Assembly: GCA_964433515.1 (NCBI GenBank)
Contig: CAYSRL010000001.1
Location: forward strand, 1-48,435
Source: an uncultured Ruminococcus sp.
Lineage (GTDB): Bacteria; Bacillota; Clostridia; Oscillospirales; Acutalibacteraceae
Direction of reading: 5' to 3'
Length of the DNA: 48,435 bases
Position 1 is the stretch's first letter, and each line of letters begins with the position of its first letter. The position numbers and the translations under genes are program-made. The notes beneath the pieces were generated by a model. The model had not been told where the DNA came from. It saw only the letters and a list, made by a program, of their open reading frames with translations, and did no database searches. Of the stretch, positions 25,825-34,490 are shown in pieces.

Positions 25825-26217
25825 TTACTTGGAACACGAGCCGCAAACGCCGTAAATAACGGTGTTGGCTATGCTTATATTGAACTTTTCCGTGTTTGCC
25901 AATCCCTGTGTTATCACATCCGCAAACGCCGGATTCAGGTGGTAGGATCTTCCGCATCGCTGGCAGTTTAAATGGAGATTTTCCTTGCAACGCTCGGCGC
26001 CGATATACTGAAAATACACTTTTCGCTTGCCGTTCTGGCTTGTTCGGCGAACCTTGCCCTCCGATTCAAGTTCGGCAAAATTTCGGTAAATGGCACTGAT
26101 GCTGATCTTCTCATCGGCAAGTTCGTCTGCGATCCGATGTGCCGACAACAATTCGTCAGGATGCTGTTCTAAATACTCCGCAAGGAGTTTTCTCTGTTTT
26201 GTCCTATATTTAGCCAC
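25825..26217 (-). CDS. zur: Fur-family transcriptional repressor, probably Zur
   Basis: 130 aa. A winged-helix N-terminus is followed by structural-zinc Cys pairs CQRCG and CGSC. GTG start preceded by GGGGG. Directly upstream of znuABC. Confidence 0.8.
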   Translation of the reverse strand: MAKYRTKQRKLLAEYLEQHPDELLSAHRIADELADEKISISAIYRNFAELESEGKVRRTSQNGKRKVYFQYIGAERCKENLHLNCQRCGRSYHLNPAFADVITQGLANTEKFNISIANTVIYGVCGSCSK

Positions 26218-26233
26218 AGCACGACCCCCTTGG

Positions 26234-26261
26234 ATTTGCGACCATTTCGCAAATTAGTATA
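26234..26261 (-). promoter_or_regulatory. Candidate Zur/Fur operator overlapping the zur promoter
   Basis: Palindrome ATTTGCGA-ccatt-TCGCAAAT (26234-26254). On the minus strand it sits immediately downstream of a TATACT -10 box (26256-26261). Confidence 0.5.
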
Positions 26262-26396
26262 GCACGATCCGCCGCACAAGTCAACCACCCCTAGGCGATT
26301 GCCAAAAAAGTTTACAAACGGCAACAGGCGGCAAGGATCTCTCCCTTTTTGTTGCCAAAAGGTTGCCATAAAGCAACTGCGGTTTGCATAGGAAAG

Positions 26397-26438
26397 AAAA
26401 AAGCGGCTTGAAATCAAACGATTTCAAGCCGCTTAAAA
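26397..26438. terminator. Terminator hairpin, copy 2 of the 40-nt direct repeat, ending guaA
   Basis: Same AGCGGCTTGAAATC-aaac-GATTTCAAGCCGCT hairpin with flanking A and T runs. Lies 12 nt after the guaA stop codon. Confidence 0.8.
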
Positions 26439-26449
26439 GCCTTACGGTA

Positions 26450-27460
26450 TTATTCCCACTCGATGGTGCCCACCGGCTTCGGGGTCAGGTCCATCAGCAC
26501 ACGGTTGATGCCCTCCACCTCGTGGGTGATGCGGGCGGTGATCTTGTGCAACACGGGATACGGGATCTCCTCAACGGTGGCGCTCATAGCGTCGGTGGTG
26601 TTCACCGCACGGATGATCGCCGGCCAGCCCTCGTAACGGCTGTCGTCCTTGACGCCGACGCTCTTGATATCCGGCACCACCACGAAATACTGCCACACCT
26701 TCTCGCTCAAGCCGCAGTTGTCAAACTCCTCACGGAGGATGGCGTCAGCCTCACGCAGGGCGTGGAGACGGTCCCGGGTGATGGCACCCAGACAACGGAC
26801 ACCCAGACCGGGGCCGGGGAACGGCTGACGGTATACCATAGCGTGGGGCAGACCCAAAGCCTCGCCCACCACACGAACCTCGTCCTTAAACAGCAGTTTG
26901 ATGGGCTCCACCAACTCGAACTGCAGATCCTCCGGCAGTCCGCCCACGTTGTGGTGGGATTTGACCGCCTTTTTGCCCTCGGCGGCTTTGATGGATTCCA
27001 GAATGTCGGGGTAAATGGTGCCCTGCGCCAGATAGGTGATATCCTCCAGTTTCCGGGCCTCATCGGCAAACACCTCGATAAACTCTTTGCCGATGATCTT
27101 GCGCTTACGCTCCGGGTCGGACACGCCCGCCAACAGGTTCAGGAACCGGTCGGTGGCGTCCACATAGATCAGGTTGGCGTCCAGTTCCTCCCGGAACACC
27201 TTGATGACGTTCTCGGACTCATCCTTACGCATCAGGCCGTGGTTTACGTGGACACAGACCAACTGCTTGCCGATAGCCTTGATCAGCAGGGCGGCCACCA
27301 CAGAAGAATCCACGCCGCCGGACAGCGCCAACAGCACCTTTTTGTCCCCCACCTGGGCACGGATAGCCTCCACCTGGGCGTCAATAAACCCATTGGCCAG
27401 GTCGGCGTTGACGATGCGCTCCATTTCCTCGGGGCGAACGTTGGCATTGAAATCAATCAT
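26450..27460 (-). CDS. guaA: GMP synthase, ATP-pyrophosphatase plus dimerisation domains only (no glutamine amidotransferase domain)
   Basis: 336 aa. PP-loop SGGVDSS. Canonical C-terminus KPVGTIEWE. Strong RBS GGGAGG precedes the ATG at 27460, so the short form is not a mis-called start. Confidence 0.9.
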   Translation of the reverse strand: MIDFNANVRPEEMERIVNADLANGFIDAQVEAIRAQVGDKKVLLALSGGVDSSVVAALLIKAIGKQLVCVHVNHGLMRKDESENVIKVFREELDANLIYVDATDRFLNLLAGVSDPERKRKIIGKEFIEVFADEARKLEDITYLAQGTIYPDILESIKAAEGKKAVKSHHNVGGLPEDLQFELVEPIKLLFKDEVRVVGEALGLPHAMVYRQPFPGPGLGVRCLGAITRDRLHALREADAILREEFDNCGLSEKVWQYFVVVPDIKSVGVKDDSRYEGWPAIIRAVNTTDAMSATVEEIPYPVLHKITARITHEVEGINRVLMDLTPKPVGTIEWE

Positions 27461-27493
27461 TTGAATAGCCTCCCTTTTAAACAGTCACTAAGA

Positions 27494-28693
27494 TCAGTTC
27501 GTATAGTTGTCGAAATAGCCCTGTACCAACACCACCGGCGTACCCTTGTCTCCGGAGCCGGAGGTCAGATCGCACAGCGAACCGATCAGGTCGGTGAGCT
27601 GGCGGGGGGTGGTGCCCTGAGAGGCCATATTGCCCACCAGGTTATCCTGCTTTTGGCGGATGCTGTCCGAGATGGCCTGTTTCAGTTCTTCGCCGGACAG
27701 ATCCCGGAAATCGTTGTCCGCCAGGTATTTCAGTTTCAGTTCGTTCGGGGTGCCCACCAGGCCGTCGGTATAGGCCGGGGAGACCACCGGGTCCGCCAAC
27801 TCCCAGATCTTGCCCTGGGGGTCTTTGAAGGCGCCGTCGCCGTACACCATAACCTCCACGTGCTTACCGGTGGCGGCCATGATCCGGCTCTGGATATCCA
27901 GCACCAGATCCTGGCAGGACTGGGGGAACAACTTGATGGAGTCCTCGGTGGACTTGTTGGAGCCCAACAGGCCGTAGCGGTCATTGTAGCCGCTGCCATT
28001 CACCGGGGCGGTGAGAATATCGTCCAGACCGCACACCACCTTGGCGCCGGCGGCCTTGAGGATCCGCTTGGTGCGGGCACGGGTGTGGATATCGCAGGTC
28101 AGCACGTGGTCGGCATAATCCAGAACAGCCCGGGGCTGATTGGCAAAAATGACCTCCACCTCGGCGCCCGCCTCACGGATAAGGTCGCTGTAATACCGGA
28201 CATAGTCCACGCCGGTGAATTCGTGCTTGTTCTCGCCGAACAGTTCCCGGTATTTCTCCAGCGTCAGCACGTCGGAATAGGGGTTGACGCCCGCCTCGTC
28301 CAACTGATCCAGGGACAGCAGATGGTTGCCCACCTCATCCGAGGGATAACTGAGCATCAGCACCACCTTTTTGGCGCCCATAGCGATGCCCTTGAGGCAG
28401 ATGGCAAAGCGGTTGCGGGACAAAATGGGGAACAGCACGCCGATGGTGCCGCCGCCCAGTTTTTGCCGCACATCCTCGGCGATCGCCTCGACAGAGGCGT
28501 AATTGCCCTGTGCCCGGGCCACGATGGACTCGGTGATGGAAATCACATCCCGGTCACGGAGCGAAAAGCCCTCGCTCTGTGCCGCCGCCAGCACGCTGTC
28601 CGCCACAATGGCGGCCAGGTCATCACCCTGGCGGATGATGGGGCAACGGATACCACGGGAAACAGTACCGACCAAACGCATGGAATCTGCCAT
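27494..28693 (-). CDS. CofE-like protein (F420-0:gamma-glutamyl ligase family fold), function unknown in this context
   Basis: 399 aa from MADSMRLVG. The segment CPIIRQGDDLAAIVADSVL...DRDVISITESIVARAQGNY resembles the CofE/F420_ligase N-terminal motif. The track ORF adds 12 codons upstream. Confidence 0.5.
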   Translation of the reverse strand: MADSMRLVGTVSRGIRCPIIRQGDDLAAIVADSVLAAAQSEGFSLRDRDVISITESIVARAQGNYASVEAIAEDVRQKLGGGTIGVLFPILSRNRFAICLKGIAMGAKKVVLMLSYPSDEVGNHLLSLDQLDEAGVNPYSDVLTLEKYRELFGENKHEFTGVDYVRYYSDLIREAGAEVEVIFANQPRAVLDYADHVLTCDIHTRARTKRILKAAGAKVVCGLDDILTAPVNGSGYNDRYGLLGSNKSTEDSIKLFPQSCQDLVLDIQSRIMAATGKHVEVMVYGDGAFKDPQGKIWELADPVVSPAYTDGLVGTPNELKLKYLADNDFRDLSGEELKQAISDSIRQKQDNLVGNMASQGTTPRQLTDLIGSLCDLTSGSGDKGTPVVLVQGYFDNYTN

Positions 28694-28897
28694 AAAGAAT
28701 CGTCCTTTCACGCAACACCAAAGGTGCACAATTTTTTACTGGAATATCATACTCTTATTAATGGTTGATGTCAATATTTCTCCGCCGATTTTGTGAAAAA
28801 TACACGGATTTTTTTGCGGAAAACCCGGCAATTTTGCTGTCAGATACGCCGTTTTTTCCTGTTCAAAATGCTTTAACAATTTTTGTGACAAAAGTAC

Positions 28898-28926
28898 TGG
28901 ACAAATACGAAAAAATGCAGTATAAT
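28898..28926 (+). promoter_or_regulatory. Sigma-A promoter candidate for the 28965 lipoprotein gene
   Basis: TGGACA (28898-28903), 17-nt spacer, TATAAT (28921-28926). Confidence 0.5.
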
Positions 28927-28964
28927 GACAAAGATTAAGCGTCCATTTAAGGAGGAACACCATT

Positions 28965-30092
28965 ATGAAACGTACCATCCGCATTCTGAGTGCCGTGCTG
29001 GCACTGACCCTGGCTATGTCGGTGATGCTCACCGGCTGCGATTTGTGGAAGCCCACCCTGCCCGGTATCGGCGACGTGGCGGCCACCTATGGCGACGGCC
29101 AGGAGATCTCCACCGGCGAGTATCTGGCGTATCTGTATATGAACTTCTCCAACGTCTACCAAAGTTACTACTATTACGAGCAGTACGGTATGGATCCCTG
29201 GGAGCAGACCGTGCCCTATGACACCGACGAGGTGGATGAAGAGGGTAACACCGTGACCGAGAACCTGCTTCTGGAGGACTATATCATCCAGATCACCAAG
29301 GACACCATCAAACAGCAGATCGTTCTGGACAAGATCCTGAAGGATGAGGGTCTGTCCTGGATCGAGGAAGAGCAGCAGGACATCGAGGCGGAACTGGCTG
29401 AGGTCGAAGAGAACGCCTATCTGTCGCTGGGCATCAACGACGAGCATTTCGCTTCCGTATACAAAAAGATCATGCTCAACCAGCGTGGCGCCTTCTTCGG
29501 CCGTTACGGCGAGGGCGGTACCCAGGAGATCGCAGAGACCGAACTGAAGGAGTATTTCGAGGAGAACTATCTGTCCTACAAGATCATCACCGTCCCGCTG
29601 ACCACGACCAACGACGAGGGCACCACCGAGAATATGTCCGATGACGAGAAGGCCGCCGAACTGAAAACCCTGAACGGCTATCTGGACATCTGCAACGACA
29701 AGGGCTTTGAGAAGGCCATGGACCAGTACAACAAGGACAACGCCGAGGACGACGAAGAAGTCGAGGCCACCGAGGACGAGGACAACCGCCAGAACGTAGA
29801 CGCCACCGAGATGGACGAGTACCTGGTGGAGGCCATCCGCTCCGTCAAGGTGGGTGAGACCAAGGTGGTGGAGTACGAAGCCAGCGGCAGCACCCCCACC
29901 GCCGCCCTGATCCAGCGTCTGGACATCAACGATCCCGAGACCCTGTATGAGGACTCTATCGAGAACATCATCATCGCTCTGAAAGCCGACGGCTTCACCG
30001 AAGAGGTGGAAGCGGCGGTCAAAGAGTTGACCATCACCTTTAACGATAAGATCGTGAAAGAGTGCAAACCCACGGACTTCCTGGAAGGCTAA
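28965..30092 (+). CDS. Acidic secreted lipoprotein, function unknown (possibly a SurA/PrsA-N-like chaperone)
   Basis: 375 aa. Lipobox LTGC. Very Asp/Glu-rich. AAGGAGG RBS. Confidence 0.7.
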   Translation: MKRTIRILSAVLALTLAMSVMLTGCDLWKPTLPGIGDVAATYGDGQEISTGEYLAYLYMNFSNVYQSYYYYEQYGMDPWEQTVPYDTDEVDEEGNTVTENLLLEDYIIQITKDTIKQQIVLDKILKDEGLSWIEEEQQDIEAELAEVEENAYLSLGINDEHFASVYKKIMLNQRGAFFGRYGEGGTQEIAETELKEYFEENYLSYKIITVPLTTTNDEGTTENMSDDEKAAELKTLNGYLDICNDKGFEKAMDQYNKDNAEDDEEVEATEDEDNRQNVDATEMDEYLVEAIRSVKVGETKVVEYEASGSTPTAALIQRLDINDPETLYEDSIENIIIALKADGFTEEVEAAVKELTITFNDKIVKECKPTDFLEG

Positions 30093-30107
30093 AATAAACG
30101 GTATTAT

Positions 30108-30141
30108 GAGGCACGCTCCCCCGGGAGCGTGCCTCTTTTTT
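30108..30141 (+). terminator. Rho-independent terminator
   Basis: GAGGCACGCTCCC-ccg-GGAGCGTGCCTC followed by TTTTTT. Confidence 0.85.
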
Positions 30142-30163
30142 ATCCCGGGGCAGAGCCGCTGCG

Positions 30164-30472
30164 CTAGCCCGTATAATCCTCCAGCAACACCGAGAGTTGG
30201 GTGTCGTCCCGGGCGGGAACCCCCGCCTTTACCTGCTCCCGCAATTCTTCCGGCAAGGCGTCCACATACACCTCAAACACCTGCCGGGGATACGGCTGTT
30301 CCCCCTCAAACACCGCCAGCCGCCCCTCCCACTCGCCAATGGTATACCGGGCAGGTTCGGTCTGCTCCCCATCGGCGGGCAGTAAAAACCGAAAGATCAC
30401 AAACAACAGCACCGCCGACAACAGCAGCGCCACCACCAACGCCCACAACAGCGTTCTGCCCATAGACCCCAT
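30164..30472 (-). CDS. Small membrane-anchored protein, BofC-C-terminal-domain-like
   Basis: 102 aa. N-terminal TM segment, then YTIGEWEGRLAVFEGEQ...LPEELREQVKAGV...LLEDYTG, which resembles the BofC_C-type domain commonly found next to PBP genes in Clostridia. Confidence 0.5.
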   Translation of the reverse strand: MGSMGRTLLWALVVALLLSAVLLFVIFRFLLPADGEQTEPARYTIGEWEGRLAVFEGEQPYPRQVFEVYVDALPEELREQVKAGVPARDDTQLSVLLEDYTG

Positions 30473-30603
30473 CGTTTCTCTCCCCTTTTCGATTTACACA
30501 CAAAAGTTTGCCCCGAAAAGAGAATATTATTGCTGTTTTTTGACCCCGGCCGGGAATAATCCCGATAAAATGCGAAAAATATGAAAAATCGGGCATTTTG
30601 GAT

Positions 30604-30632
30604 TTGACATTTGCGGTGTTTTGCAATATTAT
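30604..30632 (+). promoter_or_regulatory. Sigma-A promoter candidate for the PBP1A gene
   Basis: TTGACA (30604-30609), 17-nt spacer, TATTAT (30627-30632). A strong hairpin GGGTCTGTTCGCC..GGCGAATAGACCC follows in the 5' UTR. Confidence 0.55.
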
Positions 30633-30730
30633 TTAGTGTGTATAATTTTAATTATAGTGCCTTTTTATAACTTTTGGGTCGTGGGTCTGTTCGCCTCGGC
30701 GAATAGACCCATCCGGAAAGGAGCCCTTTT

Positions 30731-33160
30731 ATGGAAAAGAAACCCGATAACCGTAAACTCTCTCTCACCGATCTGGCAAAGAATCTGCCCCAGCAGAACA
30801 AGAGCGAGGCCAACGCCCTCGCCCACCCCACCTCCGGCAAAAAAAAGAAACGCCGCCGTTGGGGAAAGCGGTTGCTCCGCCTGTTGCTGGCGGCCGTGCT
30901 GGTTGGCGTCATCACCGTCAGCATCGTGGGATGTGTGCTGGTGGTGTATATCACCAACACCTTTGACGCCGAGGAATTCATCCCCATTTTGGGTGAGATG
31001 TCGGTGGATAACCGCTCGGTCATTTACGTCCAGAACGACGACGGTGAGTTTGAGCCGTATCACAACCTGCTGGGCGGCACCTCGGTATGGACCGACCTGG
31101 AGGATATTCCGGTGTATATGCAGGACGCCGTGGTGGCCATCGAGGACGAACGCTATTGGACCCACGAAGGCGTGGACTGGAAACGTACCGTCGGCGCTAT
31201 GGTGAATCTGGTGTTCAACCGGGTGTTTAACCTGGGCTCCACCGAGTATGGCGGCTCCACCATCACCCAGCAGCTGATCAAGGTGACCACCCAGAACACC
31301 GACCACAGCATCAAGAGAAAGATCAACGAGATCCTTGCCGCCTCCGAGATGGAAGCCGGATATTACACGAAAGAAGAGATCCTCGAAGGGTATCTCAACA
31401 ACGTGCCGTTGACCGGCGATCTGGTGGGTGTGGGCATCGGCGCCCGCTCCTATTTCGGTAAGGAGTTGCAGGAACTGTCCCTGGCGGAGTGCGCCGTATT
31501 GGCCAGCATCACCAACAACCCCAGCATCTACGACCCCTATGCCCACCCGGAAAACGTCCGCCAACGTCAGCAACTGGTGCTGGGCAAAATGTATGAATGC
31601 GGGTTTATCACCGAGGACGAATACATCAACGCCGTAAACGAGGAACTGGTGTTTAAGAGCAGTACCGTCCGGCAAACGGTTCAGGACTATTACGTTGACC
31701 TGGTGGTGGAGGATGTCATCGCCGACCTGATGGAGGAATACGGCTATACCTATACCTATGCCAACAATCTGGTGTATTACGGCGGTCTGAACATCTATTC
31801 CGCCGAAGACCCGGACCTACAGGCAAAGGTGGAGGCCGTTTACGCCGACGAGGATAACTATCCCGAGCACCGCAGCGGCGATGAGGAAGACCCGGAAGCC
31901 TGCTTCTTCGCCGTGGACTATACCGGCCGGGTGGTGGCCACCGTCGGCGGGCGGGGCGAAAAGACCGCCAACCGGGTGCTCAACCGCTCCACCCAGTCGG
32001 TGCGTTCCCCCGGCTCTTCCATCAAGCCCATCACCTCCTATGGCCCCTCGATCATTGAGAACCGGGTGCATTATTCCTCTATGCTGCGGGACGCCCCCAT
32101 CACCCTGACCAACGGCGATAAATGGCCCCACAACTATGAGGCGACCAGCACCCCCGACCGGGGCGACGTGCTATTGGGCGTGGCGCTGCAAAAATCCCTC
32201 AACACCACCGCCGCCCGGTTGGTGCAGAATCTGACCCCTCAGCGCAGTTACGACTACGCCACCAACATCTTCCGCCTGTCCACCCTGGTGGAGTCCAAAG
32301 CGGTCGGCGGGAAACTGTATACCGATATCGACCTTTCCCCCATGGCGCTGGGCGCTTTGTCGGACGGCGTCACCGCCCGGGAGATGACCGCCGCCTATGC
32401 CATTTTCGGCAGCGGCGGATACTATTGCGAACCCTACACCTATTACAAGGTCACCCAAGGACAGTTGGACAATGAGACCGTCCTGCTGACCGGCGGGCAG
32501 AAAGCCTCCCTCTCTATGGACTCCCAGAGTGCTTTTATTATGGTGAGCCTGTTGCGGCGGGTCGTAGAACAGGGTACCGCCTGGAACGGCATAGGCCAAA
32601 ACTGGAAGGGCTGGCAGGTGTTCGGCAAGACCGGTACCTCCGAAAGCGAAAAGGACGTGTATTTCTCCGGCGGCACCGCCTATTACTGCGCCTCCTCCTG
32701 GTTCGGCTATGACAACAACGACATTCTGTCCAAGTCCCAGACCGGCTATGCCAAAAGTCTGTGGAACAAAGCCATGAAGGTGCTCCACGAAGACCTGCAG
32801 ATCAAAGATTTTGAGATGCCGGAAGGGGTGGAAAAACTGGAATACTGCACCGAGACCGGTCAGTTGGCCACCGACGGATGCAAAAAGACCGATACCGGTT
32901 ATTATAAGTCGGATTTCAAACCCGACAAGTGCGAAAAGCACAGCGAGACCGCCACCACCTCCACCACCCAGGCGGATACGAAGGGCGAGACCGGCAAAAC
33001 CTCCGGCGAAACCACCGCAAATGAAGAGGAGACCGCCTCCACCGCCAAGAGTGAGAAGACCACTTCCGCCACCCAGAGTGAGGAAACGACTTCTGCCACC
33101 GAGAGTGAGGCAACAGAGCCCTCCGCCACCGCCGAAAAGCCGGAGGACGAGGACGCATAA
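30731..33160 (+). CDS. Class A penicillin-binding protein (GT51 transglycosylase plus transpeptidase), PBP1A family
   Basis: 809 aa. Contains the GT51 motifs AVVAIEDERYWTHEGVD and GGSTITQQL, and the transpeptidase SxxK motif (SPGSSIKP). Low-complexity Thr/Ser/Glu C-terminal tail. Confidence 0.92.
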   Translation: MEKKPDNRKLSLTDLAKNLPQQNKSEANALAHPTSGKKKKRRRWGKRLLRLLLAAVLVGVITVSIVGCVLVVYITNTFDAEEFIPILGEMSVDNRSVIYVQNDDGEFEPYHNLLGGTSVWTDLEDIPVYMQDAVVAIEDERYWTHEGVDWKRTVGAMVNLVFNRVFNLGSTEYGGSTITQQLIKVTTQNTDHSIKRKINEILAASEMEAGYYTKEEILEGYLNNVPLTGDLVGVGIGARSYFGKELQELSLAECAVLASITNNPSIYDPYAHPENVRQRQQLVLGKMYECGFITEDEYINAVNEELVFKSSTVRQTVQDYYVDLVVEDVIADLMEEYGYTYTYANNLVYYGGLNIYSAEDPDLQAKVEAVYADEDNYPEHRSGDEEDPEACFFAVDYTGRVVATVGGRGEKTANRVLNRSTQSVRSPGSSIKPITSYGPSIIENRVHYSSMLRDAPITLTNGDKWPHNYEATSTPDRGDVLLGVALQKSLNTTAARLVQNLTPQRSYDYATNIFRLSTLVESKAVGGKLYTDIDLSPMALGALSDGVTAREMTAAYAIFGSGGYYCEPYTYYKVTQGQLDNETVLLTGGQKASLSMDSQSAFIMVSLLRRVVEQGTAWNGIGQNWKGWQVFGKTGTSESEKDVYFSGGTAYYCASSWFGYDNNDILSKSQTGYAKSLWNKAMKVLHEDLQIKDFEMPEGVEKLEYCTETGQLATDGCKKTDTGYYKSDFKPDKCEKHSETATTSTTQADTKGETGKTSGETTANEEETASTAKSEKTTSATQSEETTSATESEATEPSATAEKPEDEDA
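33040..33130 (+). repeat. Imperfect 27-nt (9-aa) tandem repeats encoding the PBP1A C-terminal tail
   Basis: SEKTTSATQ / SEETTSATE / SEATEPSATA. The corresponding DNA units ACTTCCGCCACCCAGAGTGAGGAAACG and ACTTCTGCCACCGAGAGTGAGGCAACA are near-identical. Confidence 0.7.
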
Positions 33161-33197
33161 ACCCTGTGATCAACCCCAAAGAAAAGGATGATACCAA

Positions 33198-34430
33198 ATG
33201 ATTTCCATTGCTATATTAGGCCACGGTGTGGTTGGCTCCGGCGTTGCCGAGGTGCTGCTGCACAACGAAAAGGGCATCACCGCCAAGGCGGGCGAACAGA
33301 TCCGGGTCACCCGGATACTGGATCTGCGCACCTTCCCGGAACTGCCCTATGCCCACCTGTTCACCACCGATTTTGACGACATTCTGGGCGACCCGGATAT
33401 CCGCATCGTGGTGGAGACCATGGGCGGTCTGCACCCCGCCTATGACTTTGTCAAGGCCAGTTTGCTGGCGGGCAAGAGCGTGGTCACCTCCAACAAGGAG
33501 TTGGTGGCCGCCAAGGGCGACGAACTTCTCGCCATTGCCAAAGAAAACAACCTGAATTTCCTCTTCGAGGCCAGCGTGGGCGGCGGCATCCCCATCCTCC
33601 GCCCCATAGACCAATGCCTGGCCGCCAACGAGGTGTTTGAGGTGGCGGGTATCCTCAACGGTACCACCAACTTTATGCTCACCAAAATGATCCGGGAGGG
33701 TATGTCCTTTGACGGCGCCCTGGCTCTGGCTCAGAAACTGGGGTATGCCGAGCGGGATCCCTCTGCAGACGTGGAGGGTCACGACGCCTGCCGGAAGATC
33801 TGCATTCTGGCTTCTCTGGCCTTCGGCAAACACGTGTTGCCGGAGGAGGTACATACCGAGGGCATCACCGACCTGACCGAGGCGGATGTCCGGTATGCCG
33901 CCGCCGCCGGCGGTGTCATCAAACTGGTGGGCCGTGCCACCCGCACCGAGGATGGAAAACTGTTCTGCCTGGTGGCGCCGATGATCCTGCCGAAGGACAA
34001 TCTGTTGGCGGACGTGAGCGACGTATTCAACGCCATTATGGTCCGTGGCGACAGCGTGGGCGACGTGGTGTTTGTGGGCCGTGGCGCCGGCAAACTGCCC
34101 ACCGCCAGCGCCGTGGTGGCGGATGTCATCGACGAAGTCAAGCACCTCAAGGCCCGCAAGTATCTGTTCTGGGGCCCCCACGAGGAGGGTCACGTCCGTG
34201 ACCACCGCCTGGCCCCCACCAAACTGTTGCTCCGTTTCTCCTGCGAGGAGGATGCCGGAGCGCTGCTGCAGATCGGCCGTGCCTTCGGCGACGTGCGGAT
34301 GCTGTCCATCCCGGATGCGCCGGACAACGAGGTGGCGTTTATCACCCCCTGTATGCCGGAGTATCTGCTGGAGGAAAAGATCGCCTCCTTCACCGGGATG
34401 ACCCTCACCCGCCGTCTGCGGATGTACTAA
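33198..34430 (+). CDS. hom: Homoserine dehydrogenase
   Basis: 410 aa. N-terminal NAD-binding motif ILGHGVVGSG. The central segment NGTTNFMLTKM...AQKLGYAERDPSADVEGHD is diagnostic. Confidence 0.92.
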   Translation: MISIAILGHGVVGSGVAEVLLHNEKGITAKAGEQIRVTRILDLRTFPELPYAHLFTTDFDDILGDPDIRIVVETMGGLHPAYDFVKASLLAGKSVVTSNKELVAAKGDELLAIAKENNLNFLFEASVGGGIPILRPIDQCLAANEVFEVAGILNGTTNFMLTKMIREGMSFDGALALAQKLGYAERDPSADVEGHDACRKICILASLAFGKHVLPEEVHTEGITDLTEADVRYAAAAGGVIKLVGRATRTEDGKLFCLVAPMILPKDNLLADVSDVFNAIMVRGDSVGDVVFVGRGAGKLPTASAVVADVIDEVKHLKARKYLFWGPHEEGHVRDHRLAPTKLLLRFSCEEDAGALLQIGRAFGDVRMLSIPDAPDNEVAFITPCMPEYLLEEKIASFTGMTLTRRLRMY

Positions 34431-34490
34431 ATTTGTTTGTTTTGGATCTATCCATCAATATATTCTGATTCACCAAAGGGGTGCAAAACT

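Noticed and set aside
22166-26438. Whether the repeated 40-mer could be a CRISPR repeat, or IS/MITE terminal inverted repeats.
   Set aside because: Only two copies exist, 4.2 kb apart and in direct orientation. Each is a self-complementary terminator hairpin with a T-run. No cas gene, transposase or target-site duplication is visible. It is retained only as a possible recombination scar.
34437-34490. Upstream in-frame extensions given by the ORF track for lysC (34437), rnfD (37032), the repeat lipoprotein (42441), the CofE-like gene (28729) and apbE (43506).
   Set aside because: In each case a downstream start gives the canonical family N-terminus or signal peptide. For most of them that start also has a better-placed RBS. 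The extensions overlap upstream genes or intergenic terminators.
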